A stretch of DNA of 64,000 bases. Source: Paraspadella gotoi. Its lineage: Eukaryota; Animalia; Chaetognatha. The stretch covers positions 614,721-678,720 of the forward strand of contig CM119271.1 of assembly GCA_051294375.1 (NCBI GenBank), written 5' to 3'. A model generated the notes under the pieces. It had not been told where the DNA came from. It saw nothing but the letters and a program-made list of their open reading frames with translations, and searched no databases. A program made the translations under genes and the position numbers. Positions 1 through 13,426 of the stretch are shown here, piece after piece (within the stretch, counting starts at the first letter, position 1; every line of letters starts with the position of its first letter).

Positions 1-3000
1 TCTTCGCTTCCTTTGCCTTTAACGCTGGATTGAAGCCGTGGGTGGCCCAGGTTTACCAAAATATGTTTATTTTAGAGGAGTTTCAAACTATACACTAAAT
101 TAGTTACTAATCAAATTTGTATAGATATAAACGAGTTTTAGAATGTACTAAATATAATAGAAAATAATAAAAAGTATTAAATAACTAAATATAACGAAAT
201 ATAACATAAACTTTAGAATTAAATTAAGCCAACTATTCTATTAGTTTCAAAATACTCAAAAAAATTTTAGAAATACATTTAAGAATTTGAAAGTAATCCA
301 AAGAAATAAACTTTGAGAATTTAAAAAGTTTAAATTTAAAAAGTTAAAAAAAGAAAATCCAAGCTTAACCATACTTCCGTCGACCCAGACGATTGCCGGC
401 GCCGTCTTCGGAGTTTCGCTGACGGCGGCCTCGTGGGCGTCGTCCCTCTGGACGCTCGTCATCGTCGGCAGCGTCATCCCATTCGCCTGTTCGCCGCTCG
501 TGATGTTGGCCGGTTACGTCGCCGTCGCGCAGCAGGTGAGAGGTCTTCAAGGCTGCAGCTGTCTGCAGAAGCGTAGGTATCCGTAGAGCCGCAGGTGTCT
601 GCAGGGAGCTTTAATCTGCACAGCCTGCAGGAATCTAAGTTTCTCCCCATCCTCAGTTTTCACGCCATCTTTTAGTACATTCTATACATTTGTATACATT
701 TGTATACATTTGTATACAAACAAAACACAGCCTTTTCAATATATCTGCCTCCCTTCCCCACCCCTCCCCCGGCAGGCCCAAGAGCGACACCGCCATCTCT
801 GCAACGTCGTTTTCGTCACCGGCGTCGGCGCCGGGAAACTCGGCATGGCGTACTTGTTGGCGTGGCTGCGTCAAGAATTTACGTGGCGAGGCGCGTTTCT
901 AATCGCCGGCGGTCTCGGGTTTAACATCTGCGTCTTGGCCCGATTAACGATACTGGCGGCGGCAGAGTCAGCGGCGCCGAGGAACGAAGCCGCAGAGCCG
1001 CTGCGCCGCCGGAAAAATCAACCGGAAAAGTCACGTCGATGGAATCTGCGGAAAATCGTCGACGTTTCTCTTCTTTTCGATCGGAAGTGTCAATTTTTGC
1101 TGGCGGCGAAAGTGACCGCATGGTAAAAATAAATAAATAAGTGAAAAAAATTGAATAAATAAATAAAATTAAATAAATGAATAGAGGCAATTTGGTTTCA
1201 TGTTTCATGTTCAAAAACAACGAAAAAGAAAGGTTATTATCACTATGTCAATAAATGAATAAAAATAAATTTATAAATAGAGTTCTTCAATCGCCTCGCG
1301 TTAAATATACTTATGCTATGTATTTAAATTAATTAATAGATTAATTTATATTAATAATTTAATAGAATATAGATATAAATTATATCAGCTTTGTCATCAT
1401 CGGATCTGTCCTTAAAATTGAGTAGGACAGTTATAGATGTGGTACATTTTTATCAAAAACAAACAAATATCCCTTGTATTATCGGCGAAGTCCTAGCAGC
1501 GGCGCACTATTGGAAGCCTGCCGTTCGCCTGTGTCTGAGATTTTTTTTCGTCTTTGTTATCGCTTTCGTCCTCCGCTTTTTTGCATTCATGGCTTCTTGA
1601 AAGTGTTGATTATCATAGCGGAGTTGAAGTTTTCTATATATGGCTTTGCTAAGTCATCAAGATCTTTAAAATTCTCATGTTTTTTCAATATCAATATTAT
1701 GGTATTGTGTTTTATGTTTTATACAAAACTGAAAAACGTTTTTTAATTATATGGTCGCTTCTCTGCTCTTTCTCTTCTCTTTTTCTCCGTCACTGTCTTT
1801 CTTACGTAAAAAACGTATGTTCCCGGCGTCTGCAGCGTCTGTCCAGCTTCTTTCATCTCTCTCTTCTCTCTCTCTCTCTCTTTTTTTTTTAGCGAAAAAA
1901 TTTTTATATAGTAATGTTGGGTTCACTAATGTATAAAAAAGCGATTGCGCGCGAACAGGCGCGACCGCGGTGTCCTTTGGGGTTTTATAGAGAATAGCTC
2001 ACGCTATGTCGTTGCAGACGCTCGGCTCGCTCTCGCTGCTCCTCTCTCACGAGTAAAGGGGCTTGTAGAGTTCTCTCTCGTCTCTCTTCTTTTTTAATTA
2101 TTATATATCGCTCTTCTCTTGTTTTCTTCTGCAGCTGGCTTTGTTCTCTTCTCTCTGCTCTGGCTCTTTTCTATTTTCGTCTCTGCTCTTGTCTCTCTGT
2201 GTGTGGTCTGTCCTCTATCTGGTTCCGATCTTTTTGCAGTGATCGTTTGTTTTTTTTAAAAAGAATTCTGATTATTTTTCCTTCTAAAAACTTTTTAATA
2301 TTGCCATTTATTCCGCGGCTTTTTTTCAATTACAAAATCCCATATTTTCATCCGAGGATTTTCGTGGATTTTATTCTCTTTCTTTCTTCTCTCTCCTCTC
2401 TCTCTTCTCTTTTCTCTCCTCTTCTCTTTCTTTCTCTCTCTCTGCTGCTCTCTCTCTCTTTCTCTCTTCTCTATCTTTCTCTCTCTCTCTTCTCTCTTCT
2501 CTCTCTCTCTCTCTTCTTTTTCAACTCATACCACGCATTTGTTTGTTTTATTGGGGGACTATCATCGGCATCAATGAATGACAATGCATCGCATCAATGA
2601 ATGACAATCATCGCGATCACTGAATGCTATCATCACATGCAGGATGATAAATGGACTATTCATCGCATTCAAGTAATTTGATTATCATTTTGAATCAATA
2701 ATCAATTTCCTATATACATCAATAATTACGTATTAAATCAGATTCAATTATGTATTTACCTTCAATTCAATGTTACTAGTGACTATCAACAATTTCGTTT
2801 TTTATCGCATGAAATTCATTCGTTTTTTTTCCCCGGTTTTTTTTCGATTAATTTTCTATGATATGTGGGCTCTGCTGGTCTCGATCTTGATGTCTTTTAG
2901 ATTTTTTTTATTATGTCTCCTCTCTCTCTCTTCCTTCACTCTCTCTCTTTCTCTCTCACTCTCTCTCTCTCACTCTCCTCTCTCTCTCGCTCTCTCTCTT

Positions 3001-6000
3001 CTCTTTTTATGCGTAATAGCGACGGCATCCTTATTGCTTTTAAGATTTTTTATACTTGCATCATTTTTCAACTTTTTCATAATTTTTTCAACTTGGCATT
3101 CCGTCAAAGACTTTATATCTAGCTTTCTTCACTCACTTCCTACCGGCTGCACAAAAATTTCATCTCTAATCTATCATGGTTGTTAAAATAAATAAAAAGA
3201 TTCAAGTAAATGTGGACTCATATTTTTTTTATTAACTTCAGTCCACTTGGTTACGGTTCCATCTGAAACTTTATCAAGTCTTCGTCATACGGTTTTCCTA
3301 CCCTACACACAATTTCTACTCAAATCTTATCCATCCAATTATGATTAATTGGAGTATTTATTGGTTATAAATAAATGTTAAAAAGATTTTAGTAAATTCG
3401 ACTTATGTTTCCATTAAACTAATTTCCTACTCACGCGATTCCATCGAAATTTATATCCAGCTTATCAACCACACTTTTCCTACCCACACACAAAATTTTA
3501 ATTTCGCAATCCAACCAGCCAATAACGATGTTATTGGAGCTTTTTGCTTAAGATGGCGCGGATGGACGGTTGATTGACTAATTAATTAATTATTGATTAA
3601 TTTTATTTACTATTGATTATATTAACTGATTAATTATTGATTTTATTAAATACCATCCTGCAGATACATTAATAATAAAAGGTAAAGAAGAAGCCATTAA
3701 AGTCAATTAGTAAAACAGGTATTTGTTTTTTCCATTTAACTCATTTTCACTCAAACTGATTCCATCGAAACTTGATTTCCTGGTTCATATCACACACTTC
3801 CTATCTCAAACATTTAAAAATTCCAGGTCAATCAGTCCCATCCACTCATGATGCAATTGGTGTTCAAATAGTGAATATATTTTTTTGGTTTTTTTCCATT
3901 TTAAATCATTTCCACTCGGACGATTCCCATCGAACTTATATCCAGCTCAATCACACCATCGTTACCTATCCACACACAAAAATTTCATTTAAATCCATCC
4001 ATCAATGCGACGAGGTAATGGTTGTTTTTTGCTAAGGTGGGACGACGGGACGGACGGACGGACGGACGGACAGACGGACGGACGGACATCATTTTTTTGC
4101 CATAATTTATCATTAATCTGATTGTTCTGACATGATATTTAAGTGTTGTGGCCCGGACAATTATTGATGGGGAGGCGACCGACGGACCGGAAAATAAGTG
4201 AGTAGTTATAAAAAATGCGTGAGTTATAGGTCGGATTCTGCTGATAAGCAGATCCGGACTTAAAAAAAAGAAAGAAAAAAAAATTAATGCGTAAATATTT
4301 AATTGTTGATAAAAATACAATAACAACGACGACTATTCCAATCCTTCTCCTCACGCTTCCGCTATCCGCAGGCTCACCGCCGAGTCCGACGTCGCCAAAG
4401 ATGTCCCCATCGCGTCGCCCAACGGCGCCCGAACACGCGCGACGCCGAAGCAGCCAAACGACGCGGCCAGCAGCGCCGGTCTCCACCGCGGCGCCAGGGG
4501 AACCGCCTCCCCAGCACGCAGCGGTGGAGACAGAGCGAGGATTTGAAAGGCTGAGAAGCGAGTGAGGATTGGAGAGTGGCGATAGCGGGCATCGGAGTTC
4601 GCAGTGGACGGCGACCCGCGAATGATGTACCGCGAGACGGAGAAGAGAAAGCGTGTAATTGATGTTAGACATTGAATGAGATGAGAGCAGAGACCTTGAG
4701 GGCGAGGTGAGAGAAGACAGAGATGAGGAGAGAGGAGGGAGAGGAGGGAGAGGGAGAGGGAACATGAGATAAGAGGGACGAGGGAGAACAGAGAAAGATG
4801 GAAGGAGGGAGAAGGAGGAGCGAGGAGGTGAACAGGGAAGAAAGAAGGAAGGAGAGGAGCGCAAGGAGGGAGGGAGCCCTGAGAACTCAGTGATGAGGGA
4901 AGTGCGCTTATCGTTCTGAGAATTATCTAGACGACATCAGGCGCTTCGATGATGTGTGAACGTAGAAGAGGGCGGATCGGGGATGGGAGATAAATCGAGA
5001 AACGATGCTATGAGTGATAGTGGATCGCAATAGCGGCAATGGTGTGGTTATGCTGTGTTTTACTTTTCGAGAACAGAGTAGGCTAAATTCGATCTTATGG
5101 TTTGGTATGTTGGGTACGAAATTGGAAGGGAGGGGAGGGGTTTAAACTTGGGCCTGTAAATAAGCCGCGAGAACAACAGTGTGTATAAAATGAAACGGGG
5201 CTGTTGATTTGGTGAGGAGACAGAGAAAGAGGATGTGGGCGAATGGAAAATCTGTTATGTTGCGTGTGGAACAGAGAAAAGAACGAAGAAATGAATTACG
5301 GTGGTTCTCCCAAGCTTCCAGAGAGAAAAGAAAAGGGAGGAAAGACTGAGACAGAGAGAATAGAGGCGGAAGGGAGAGAGAAGAGGGAGGGAGGGAGAGA
5401 ACAGGAAGAGAAGAGAAGAGGGGATGAGGAGGAGAGAAGAGGGAGGAAGGAAGTGGGAGGGAATGATACGAAGAGAAGAAAGGGAGGATGAAGAGGGAAG
5501 AGGAAGAGAGAAGACATGCAGGAGATATAATAAGGCATGGTAGTAGAAGGTGAGGGAGGTGAAGGCTCATTGGTTTGGACTTCTCTCTGGAAAGGACACC
5601 AGAGCAACGGGAAATGTGTATAGATGGAGAGGAGTCGTAGGAATGGGAGAACTTCTAGGAATAGATGACCGATGTGAGAAGATAGAGATGAGGTCGCGTA
5701 GCTTCGAGATCAAGTAGAAACGCGTATGAGGAGAGTAACGAGGAGGGATAGGTCCGAGACAGAGAAAAGTGGGAGAAGAGGTAGAAGGGGAGGGAGGGAG
5801 AAGAAACAAGAGAGAATGAGAGGAAGGGGAGAGAAAGAAGGAGGTGATGGAGAAAAGAGAAAGAGGTAGAGGGAGAAGAGGGAGGAGATGGTTTGAGAAC
5901 AGCACTATTTAGCNNNNNNNNNNNNNNNNNNNNNNNNNTCCCTCTTCTCCCTCCCTCTTTCTCTGTTCTCCCTCCCTCAAGGTCTGCTCTCATCTCATTC

Positions 6001-8548
6001 AATGTCTACATCATTCCCTTCTCCGTCGCGGACATAGGGGTCGCCGTCATCGACGCCGCATCGCTCCAATCCATCGCCTCAGCCTTTCAAATCCTCGGCT
6101 CTGTCTCCACCGCGGTGCTGGGGAGGCGTTCCCTGGCGCCGCGGTGGAGACCGGCGCTGCTGGCCGCGTCGTTTGGCTGCTTCGGCGTCGTCGCGTGTTC
6201 GGCGCCGTTGGCGACGCGATGGGGACATCTTTTGGCGATCGTCGGACTCGGCGGTGAGCCTGCGGATAGCGGAGAGCGTGAGGAGAAGGATTGGAAATGT
6301 CGTCGTTGTTATTGTATTTTTATAACAAAATATTTTACGCATTAATTTTTTTTTCTTTTCTTTTTTTCTATTCTACAGGGATTTCAAATGGGAGTGAAAT
6401 GAAAAGAGTTGTTATTTATTACTCTTAACTGACTGACTGTATTAAATATTTGTTCATTTCATTAGTTCATTAGTACCTGACGTTTATATTCCTATAAAGT
6501 AAATTGATATTACTTTACATCATGGCAACTGGTGCACTTGCCTTCCAGCAGATTTTTTTGCAACATTTTTTCCTATCTTATGAAATTGGTACAACCAATA
6601 TTAAAATTATCCATTTATATAATAAATAAGCTATCTTGCCCCTGACTTTGGACACAGGCTTTGGTGGTTTTAAGGCCTCCATCACTCTTACAAGATAATT
6701 ATAGCAGGTCCCTGCAAGCTTTCAATCAAGACTCTCACAGTCTCGTTTATTTATCCATCCAATCACGAGCAATTGGAGTTTTTTTTACTAAGGATGGGAC
6801 GGACGGACGGACGGATGGACAGACATCGTTTTTTCTTTTGCATCATTTTCATAATTCGATGTTCTGACAGGCATATAAGTGAATGCCCGACAATATTGAG
6901 GGGGGCGGACCGAGGACCAACAAACTTAATGTTAGTAGGTCATGTATTATTAATTTTTACTTCGTGTCAATCGATTTGGCTACGGGGTATATGGAAAAAA
7001 CGAAAAACCTGTTTTACTTATTGATTATGCTTTTTTTATATATTAAATGTAAATGCAAGCTGCATTAATTAATCAAATAATTAATCAATCAATTTAATTA
7101 TCAATTAATCAATTGATTAATTTATTAATCAATTAATTATTCAATTAATCAATCAAACATCGTCATTGCCATTCATCATCGTCTAGGCTTTTGTTGGTCA
7201 GTGACTAAAAGACGTAAAAAAAACAAGTTTGAGCAAACAATGCCAAATCTAATTAATTAATAATTAATGATTAATTAAATAAATAAATTAATTACTGCTA
7301 ATGATTGTTGTTAGTATGGTTAGTTACCGCATTATTTTTTTAAACAGGAAGGTTATGTTGAACTAAAATCCACCAACCGTTCATCAGCGGCCATTGGTGC
7401 CGGAGACAAGTCATTCGCCTCCCAACCCAAAGTCCGGGCTTCTAGCCTGCGTTATGAGGCGACGAAGCTCTAACACATAACAATAATTACTATCTCTTCA
7501 AGGTCCTATTCAAATGCAAAAAATTTGCTTTTTTGAAATTCGACCATGACATTGATGAGCACATAACTAAAAAAAGTTAACAAGCTGGACTACTGGGAAT
7601 TGGAAATAAAAAACGTCAGCGATTTTTTACCAGGGTGCAAAATCTGAAGTTGCTATAACAAATAATTTAGCCACATTGTAGGAAATAAACTCTCGCTTGT
7701 AGTTCGTCGCTCTTAACTTCCTTTTGTAAAAGTGTTTAAAAATATAAACAATCAATATTTGTTTATAAACATTGCTGCTTGTTATAATTTATAACTTCAT
7801 ACAGATTGTGATAATATTAATTAGCCATCGTCGGGGTTTAGTATTGGTTTTGGTATTGGTTTTCGTGTGTGTATTACTCATATGTCATTCTCTATGCATT
7901 TCTATATTGCGTGGCTATTATTATGTCATTGAATAGGCTGAGCTTACCTGATCATTGTTATTTTTTTGATATATTACCGCTGCTTGTTTTGCTTACCTTC
8001 AGTTCTCGATCATGCTTTGATCCCATAGACTTGCGTTTCATCCAGTGTTATTTGATACTCTCAGAAGGCGTGAGCAAGAGACGAAAACCCCGCCATTAAC
8101 AATATTGAACATTTCATTTCATTCCCATTTAAAATCAGTCTATTGGGTTTTCTCAGACTTAGTCTATGTGTTTTGATTATTATTGTACAGAATCAACCTT
8201 GTTGGATGTTGATTGATTGATTAAACCTATCAGAATTTGATAAAATCGTATGAAATTGGTACAACCAATATAAAATTAACCTATTGGTTTAATAAATATC
8301 TTGCTTTATATAAGTGGTTCTATTTTTTTGCTTTCCTCTTCATCCCCTCCAACCATAGCGTCTGTTTCACGGGGATGTATACCTCGCTATTTCCTTCGAG
8401 CATCGGCGACATCTTCGGCCGAGAAAATTATCAAAAAGTCCACGGGTTTTGTTTTTGCTTGGGAGGATACGTGGCCATCGCTGTCCCGCCCCTTATTGGG
8501 ATTCACGTGGATCGAAGAGGTGAGGTGATCGGGGTGAGGTCGGAGTGA
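1..8548 (+). CDS. MFS monocarboxylate-transporter-like (SLC16 family) gene, 5'-partial, spliced; exons ~1-50, ~364-535, 776-1122, 5982-6253, ~8359-8520
   Basis: Hydrophobic exons with SLC16-like motifs (FTWRGAFLIAGGLGFNICV; SLFPSSIGDIFGRENYQKVHGF...PPLIG). GT/AG junctions 535/776 and 1122/5982 are phase-compatible. The other junctions need a 1-nt correction (noisy sequence) and the 3' end is uncertain. Confidence 0.8.
1300..4262 (+). mobile_element. Long Helentron-associated (HINE/DINE-1-like) element in the transporter intron, low-quality sequence
   Basis: ~150-bp internal tandem repeats, (GACG)n microsatellite at ~4040-4088, terminal hairpin gtcggattctgct-gata-agcagatccggact at ~4230-4260. 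1300-3240 matches 27450-29150. Confidence 0.7.
4262..4800 (-). other. Inverted, error-rich duplicate of the transporter exon 5982-6253 and its flanks
   Basis: 4270-4700 is the reverse complement of ~5975-6360, with many indels. Confidence 0.85.
4680..5980. repeat. GA-rich low-complexity, low-quality stretch next to the 25-N gap at 5914-5938
   Basis: Purine-rich degenerate sequence; ORFs here are compositional artefacts. Confidence 0.8.
6578..6755 (+). repeat. Dispersed repeat of unknown class; copies at ~49730-49900, ~61455-61630 and inverted at ~51640-51815
   Basis: Shared sequence tgaaattggtacaacc...aagctatcttgcccctgactttggac...gcaggtccctgcaagc. Confidence 0.75.
7354..7500. mobile_element. 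Internally deleted solo LTR with tRNA-like sequence (same family as 45065-45301, opposite orientation)
   Basis: Ends TATG...TCTCTTCA, 4-bp TSD AGGT (7350-7353 / 7501-7504); reverse complement matches both ends of 45065-45301. Confidence 0.75.
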
Positions 8549-8604
8549 GATTGGTATGAGGTCGGAGTTTGGTCGAAGTGAGTTGTCGTTGGATCGTTCC
8601 GTTT

Positions 8605-8618
8605 TTTCATTCTTTCTG

Positions 8619-8678
<60 letters not shown>

Positions 8679-8697
8679 TTTTTCTTTCTTTCTTTCT
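8605..8697. repeat. (TTTC)n microsatellite
   Basis: Direct tandem tetranucleotide repeat. Confidence 0.95.
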
Positions 8698-8907
8698 AAG
8701 ATAGTATACTATTTGTCTCTTTCTTTTTCTCGGCTCCCTTCAAGTGTAACATGACGAGGAACAATAATACATGTACTTATGTATTCAACTATTAATGTAA
8801 ATATACGCACAATAAAATCAATTTATCTAATGTTTAATCAAAATTTCCTAGGCAAATGTAAACATATTCTCGTCGTTCACGAAACCCCACCCCCGTTCCC
8901 TCCCCAT

Positions 8908-10886
8908 TTACCCCCAAGTTATCAACTCCGGAAAACAATCTTTATTCCCGTCCCAGAAATCCGTAATCTTATCGTACCACTTGATTCCTCTGTCCCGATA
9001 CAACCTCGCGCAGAGTCGACAAAACCCTGGATTGATATTATGATGCGGACCCTCGCGAACGACCCATCCTTTTCTCCAGGCGTGGAATTCGTTGTAGCGC
9101 GAGTCGTCGGCCGCGACCTTCTTCAAAAACTCCCCCAACTCCTCGGGTCGGTAGCGGCGGGCGTCGATGAAGGATCCGGGCGGGGCGTCGACGTCGTAGT
9201 TGGCGCCACCCATGACGATCGGCACCGTCGTCGTTCGACTGAGGATCTTCCACATCTTGTCTGTGATGTAGTCGCGACATATGTTGTTCTCGAAGCCGAG
9301 ATAAAACTTGTAGTCGTGGATGAGAGACCCCATGCAGTCGACGTCGCGATTGCGAGGGCAGGTTTTTTTTCCGCAGCCGCCGTAAACGTCGACGGGGATT
9401 ATCTTGCGCAGGCGCGCCACGTACTTTTCTCTCTTGCTCGGCGGATGGCAATGACTGACGAGCCAGGCGACCATCTTGGTCTTGTTCTTGGCGTAGTCTC
9501 TGGCCACGTAGGCGGACGTGTCTTGCTCGCTCTTTCTCTCCGTCCATCCGTGAGGATTTGGGACATCGCTGTCGAGTCGATACGTCATCGTCCAGTTGAA
9601 GACTGGACCAAAGGAATCGCGGGTGAAGCCGGGCGGAAGGCCGATCCACGTGAAGGGCGGGGGCTCTTGGTTGCTAGAAGATCCTCGCTGACCCGAGGGT
9701 TTGTGAGGGGGGAAGTCGAGGCCTTTGTTTTTTTTTTGGGGGGGGGCGACAGGCCGGGGCGGGGGGAGAAGGTTGGAAATTAGGTGGGAGAGAGCGGGTG
9801 AGTTTGGGGAAAAGGGAAGGGAAGAAAGTTGGCAAGAAAGAAAGAAAAAATCTTTTAAAAAATTTTAAAAATAAAATAAAATAAAATTTAGAAATTAAAA
9901 AAATTATAATAAATTATTTAATTGATTGATTAATTAATTGATTAATTATTTGATTAATTAATACATCTTACATTTACATTTAATATAAAAAGAAAAAGAA
10001 GAATAATGAATTAGTGAAACAGGTTTTTTTTTCCATTTCAACTCATTTCCACTCAGACGATTCCATCGAAACTTCCTATGCAGCTCAATCACGCACTTCC
10101 CTACCCACACACGAAATTTCATTAAAATCCATCCATCCAATCACGAGAATTGGTATTTTTTGCTAAGGTGGCACGGACAGACGGACGGAAAGACGGACGG
10201 ACGGAAAGACGGAGGGACGGTCATCATTTTCTTTGCATAATTTATCATAATTCGATGTTCTGACATGATATAAGTAAATGCCCGACAAGATTGAGGAGGC
10301 GGACCGACGGACCGACAAACTGGATTATAGAGTGAGGATCTGCTGATAAAATAAAGTAATTAAAAAAAGACTGTTTATAAATATAAACAATCGATATTTG
10401 TTTACAAACAATACAATTCATTAAATTTTGACATAGCGGCTATGATAGCCTGAGGGCCTAACCTTTGACCAACGACGCGGATGACGAAGCCTTTCGAATT
10501 TGTCGACTGCTAAAGACGACGGCGTCGGCCTCGTTTAACCGACTTCGATCCTTCGTCGTCTCGCATCGCGTCTCCAGGCAACCGTTGTCAACAAAGGGTT
10601 GATTCCCGAAGCCGAAGTAGAAATTATCGCTAGAGAAGAAATTCGTCCAGAAAATAATGAGTTTTTTTCGTCGAGGGACGTTTACGACGCCGGTAGCGTT
10701 AGTTCTGGCGCCGGTTTGGGCGCCGAGCTGAGAATCGGCGACGGTTTGGACCGTTGTTTCGGCGACGTGACGCCGGTCCGATGCCGAGAACCGAGAGAAG
10801 ATAGAAAAAGAGAGAATGACGAAGACGAGGCCGATTAAGATAAACTCCGGACGGAACGGTAGTCTGGAAGGCATTTTATAAAACAT
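8908..10886 (-). CDS. Alpha-1,3-fucosyltransferase (CAZy GT10), two exons 10886-10463 and 9722-8908
   Basis: Type II membrane anchor (FILIGLVFVILSFSIF), IIFWTNFF, C..T.DRSRLNEADAVVF, FNWTMTYRLDSD, WLVSHC, VDVYGGCG, YKFYLGFENNICRDYITDKMW, VPIVMGG, PPGSFIDA. Phase-1 GT-AG intron 10462-9723. Apparent frameshifts at the start of exon 2 are probably read errors. Confidence 0.93.
9900..10352 (+). mobile_element. HINE fragment in the fucosyltransferase intron
   Basis: One ~150-bp unit, (GACG)n tract and a truncated terminal hairpin (gatctgctgataa). Confidence 0.75.
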
Positions 10887-11008
10887 TTTTAAAAGTAGAT
10901 ATAATATAACTGTAAATTTTTGTTAAAGCCGAGAAAAATAACTTGAAACTTTAAGATTAATCATCGAGAGAAAAAATGTTTTAATAATGCGAGATATGTG
11001 TAAAAAAA

Positions 11009-12020
11009 AACAAGTTCGAGCAAACAATGTCGGATCTGCCTACGATAATTAAGCAGTAATCACCTAATCAGATGATAAATGACGATAATTCTTTCATTTT
11101 GTGATCATAACAGATCATACCATACCAAACCAGTAATACAAACAAATAATTTTTTAACTATTATAACTTGCATCATTTTTTTAAATTGCATCATTTTTTC
11201 AACAAGCTTTATTTTTTAAATTCGCATCATTTTTTCAATTTGCATCATTTTTTAACTTACATCATTTTTTAACTTGCATAATTTTTTAAACTTGCAACAT
11301 GCATCATTTTTTCAACTTGCATCATTTTTTCAACTTGCATTAGTTTTTCAACTTGCATCATTTTTGTAACTTGCATCATTTTTTCCAACTGCGTCATTTT
11401 TGTAACTTACATCATTTTTTCAAATTACATCATTTTTTTCACTTTAATTCATAAATTAATTAATTAATTAAAATATTTATGAGTAAGCATAAAATAAAAA
11501 TAATTAAAATTCAAGTCAACTTGACTTTGCTTTATTCCTTGCAAACTCATTTCCACTCACACGATTCCATCGAAACTTTAAATCCAGCTTCATCACACAC
11601 TTTTCTACACACACACAAAATTTCATCTCAATCTATCCATCCAATTATGATAAATTGGAGTAATTATGGGTTCAAATTATTGATTAAAATTAGTAAAAAG
11701 ATTTAAATAAATGTGATTTATATTTTTTTAATTTAAACTCATTTCTACTCGCACGATTCCATCAAAACTATATCAAGCTCACTCACTTTCTTAACCACAC
11801 ATAAAATTTTGTTCCAATCCATCTATCCAATCACAAGTAATTGGAGTATTTTGTGACAGACAGATGGACGCAAGGACAAACATAATTTTTTGGCATAATT
11901 TATCATAATTTGATGTTCTGACATGATTTAAGTGAATGCCCGACAAGATTGAGGGGGCGGACCGACGGACTGACAAAGTGAATTATAGAGTCGGGATCTG
12001 CTGATAAGCTGATCCGACTA
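11009..12020 (+). mobile_element. Complete HINE/DINE-1-like non-autonomous Helentron
   Basis: Starts aacaagttcgagcaaacaat-GTCGGATCTGC (subterminal repeat), ends in hairpin agtcgggatctgct-gata-agctgatccgact; flanked by A runs (TT target, no TSD). Contains 17-18-bp (aacttgcatcatttttt)n at 11163-11440, ~150-bp repeats and a gaca/gacg tract. Confidence 0.8.
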
Positions 12021-12043
12021 AAAAAGCAAATCTCAACTATTAT

Positions 12044-12896
12044 TTTAGTCGTAAAGTTCGCAAGCTCTTTGGAGTTTTAAAACAAAACATATACGAATAA
12101 ACTCAGCTTCAGAGGGAGAACGCACTCAACCCAAGCATAACGTTCTATCCACAGTCCACACTCCACAGTAAAGCGTTGCAAAAATATTAAAATCAAGTTG
12201 AATCAAAAGTTGATCATGAACAAGCTTGTACCTGTGAACATTTCTAAATAAAAAAATTATTTTTTATTTTTCAATTATCACATACGCCCATATTTATGCA
12301 TAATACTCACCATAGAAAATGTTAAAATTTTAAAATGGTTTTCTTTTCTATTTTTGAAAGCAGATTCGAATTCCTCACGAAAAGTTGATAAAAGGAAATA
12401 TAACTCTTTTTAGAAAATTATTTCATTATGTGAGTCAAAATCCTAAAAAACTGTAATAGTTAACTTATAATTTAATTTTAGTATAAAAAATATAGTTATT
12501 TTAATTTTTCGCTAACTTAATGAAAGATTTTTGATTAAGACTTATATTTTCTTTTATCAACTTTTTAATTTTATGAGGAATTCGAATCTCGTTTCAAAAC
12601 TAAAAAAAAACTATTTTAAGATTTTGAAATTTTCTATGGTAAGTAGTAGTAAGTACCATGTATAAATATGGGCGTATGCGAAAATTGAGAAATTTTTTTT
12701 TTATATCAATGTTCTTTAGTACAAGACTGTTCAATGTTCATGAACAACTATTTGAATCTGCAACTTTCACTACGCCTTACTCCACAGTCCTAACGACTTC
12801 CTTCAAAGCAAAGCATGACCATCCTAGTATAACGGCGCCAGTGGTAGGCGGTGCCACTGAAGGTCGGAAGCCCCTAAAGCCAACGCTGTTGCTATA
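12044..12896 (+). mobile_element. Diverged solo LTR related to the TRIM LTR at 62 kb, interrupted by a MITE
   Basis: 12105-12158 and 12781-12896 align with the reverse complement of the 62-kb LTR (ccacagtcctaacgacttcc; cactgaaggtcggaagcccc; ctgttgctata). Candidate TSD TTAT; ~234 bp once the MITE is removed. Left boundary is less certain. Confidence 0.65.
12169..12779. mobile_element. Palindromic MITE, hAT-like
   Basis: TIR taaagcgt / acgcctta, long internal inverted arms, direct repeat CTCCACAG at 12161-12168 and 12780-12787 (8-bp TSD reading; 6 or 10 bp is also formally possible). Relatives at ~41437-45690 and ~56539-57395. Confidence 0.75.
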
Positions 12897-13426
12897 TTAT
12901 CGTTCTTAGGTTTCTATTGGGTACAGACCCGGGGGTTTTCTACTTCATTTTCGCCCTTCGTAATTAAGAGATACTAAGTACACTAAAGATATTAAGTTTT
13001 AGATTTCGTTATTATTTTCCATCGACGCAACCCCGGTAGCGAAAGAGGTCTCTCTCTCTCTCTCTTCACACCAAGCGGCCTTGGCTTTCCGCTTCGCTGG
13101 TGTTATTAAATCATCCAATAATTAATTTATCGTGCCAATGATTTTTTTACTTACACACAAAATTTCAAGGAAATTAATTTTCTCTCTCCTGTTTTTGTTT
13201 TTTGTTATTTTTTAATTAGATTTGAATTTTGACCTTTGCTTTTAGGTTCACTTTCTCTTTTATCGAATTAAAATTTGGAAGCTTGCCTCAGAATATATCG
13301 TTATTGTTCAACGACTAAAAGGTTGAACTCTAAAACCTTTAAAATTATTGAAACCGGTTCTAAGTTGACGGAGACTGATTCGTGAAGAGGAAACTCCAAA
13401 GACTCTGAATTTTCCAATACGTGTCT

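Noticed and set aside
2199-3186. Leu/Ser/Phe-rich ORFs here and at 5142-6002 and 28224-29036
   Set aside because: Translations of (CT)n/(GA)n low-complexity DNA.
8779-9783. 334-aa plus-strand ORF
   Set aside because: Antisense shadow of the GC-rich fucosyltransferase exon.
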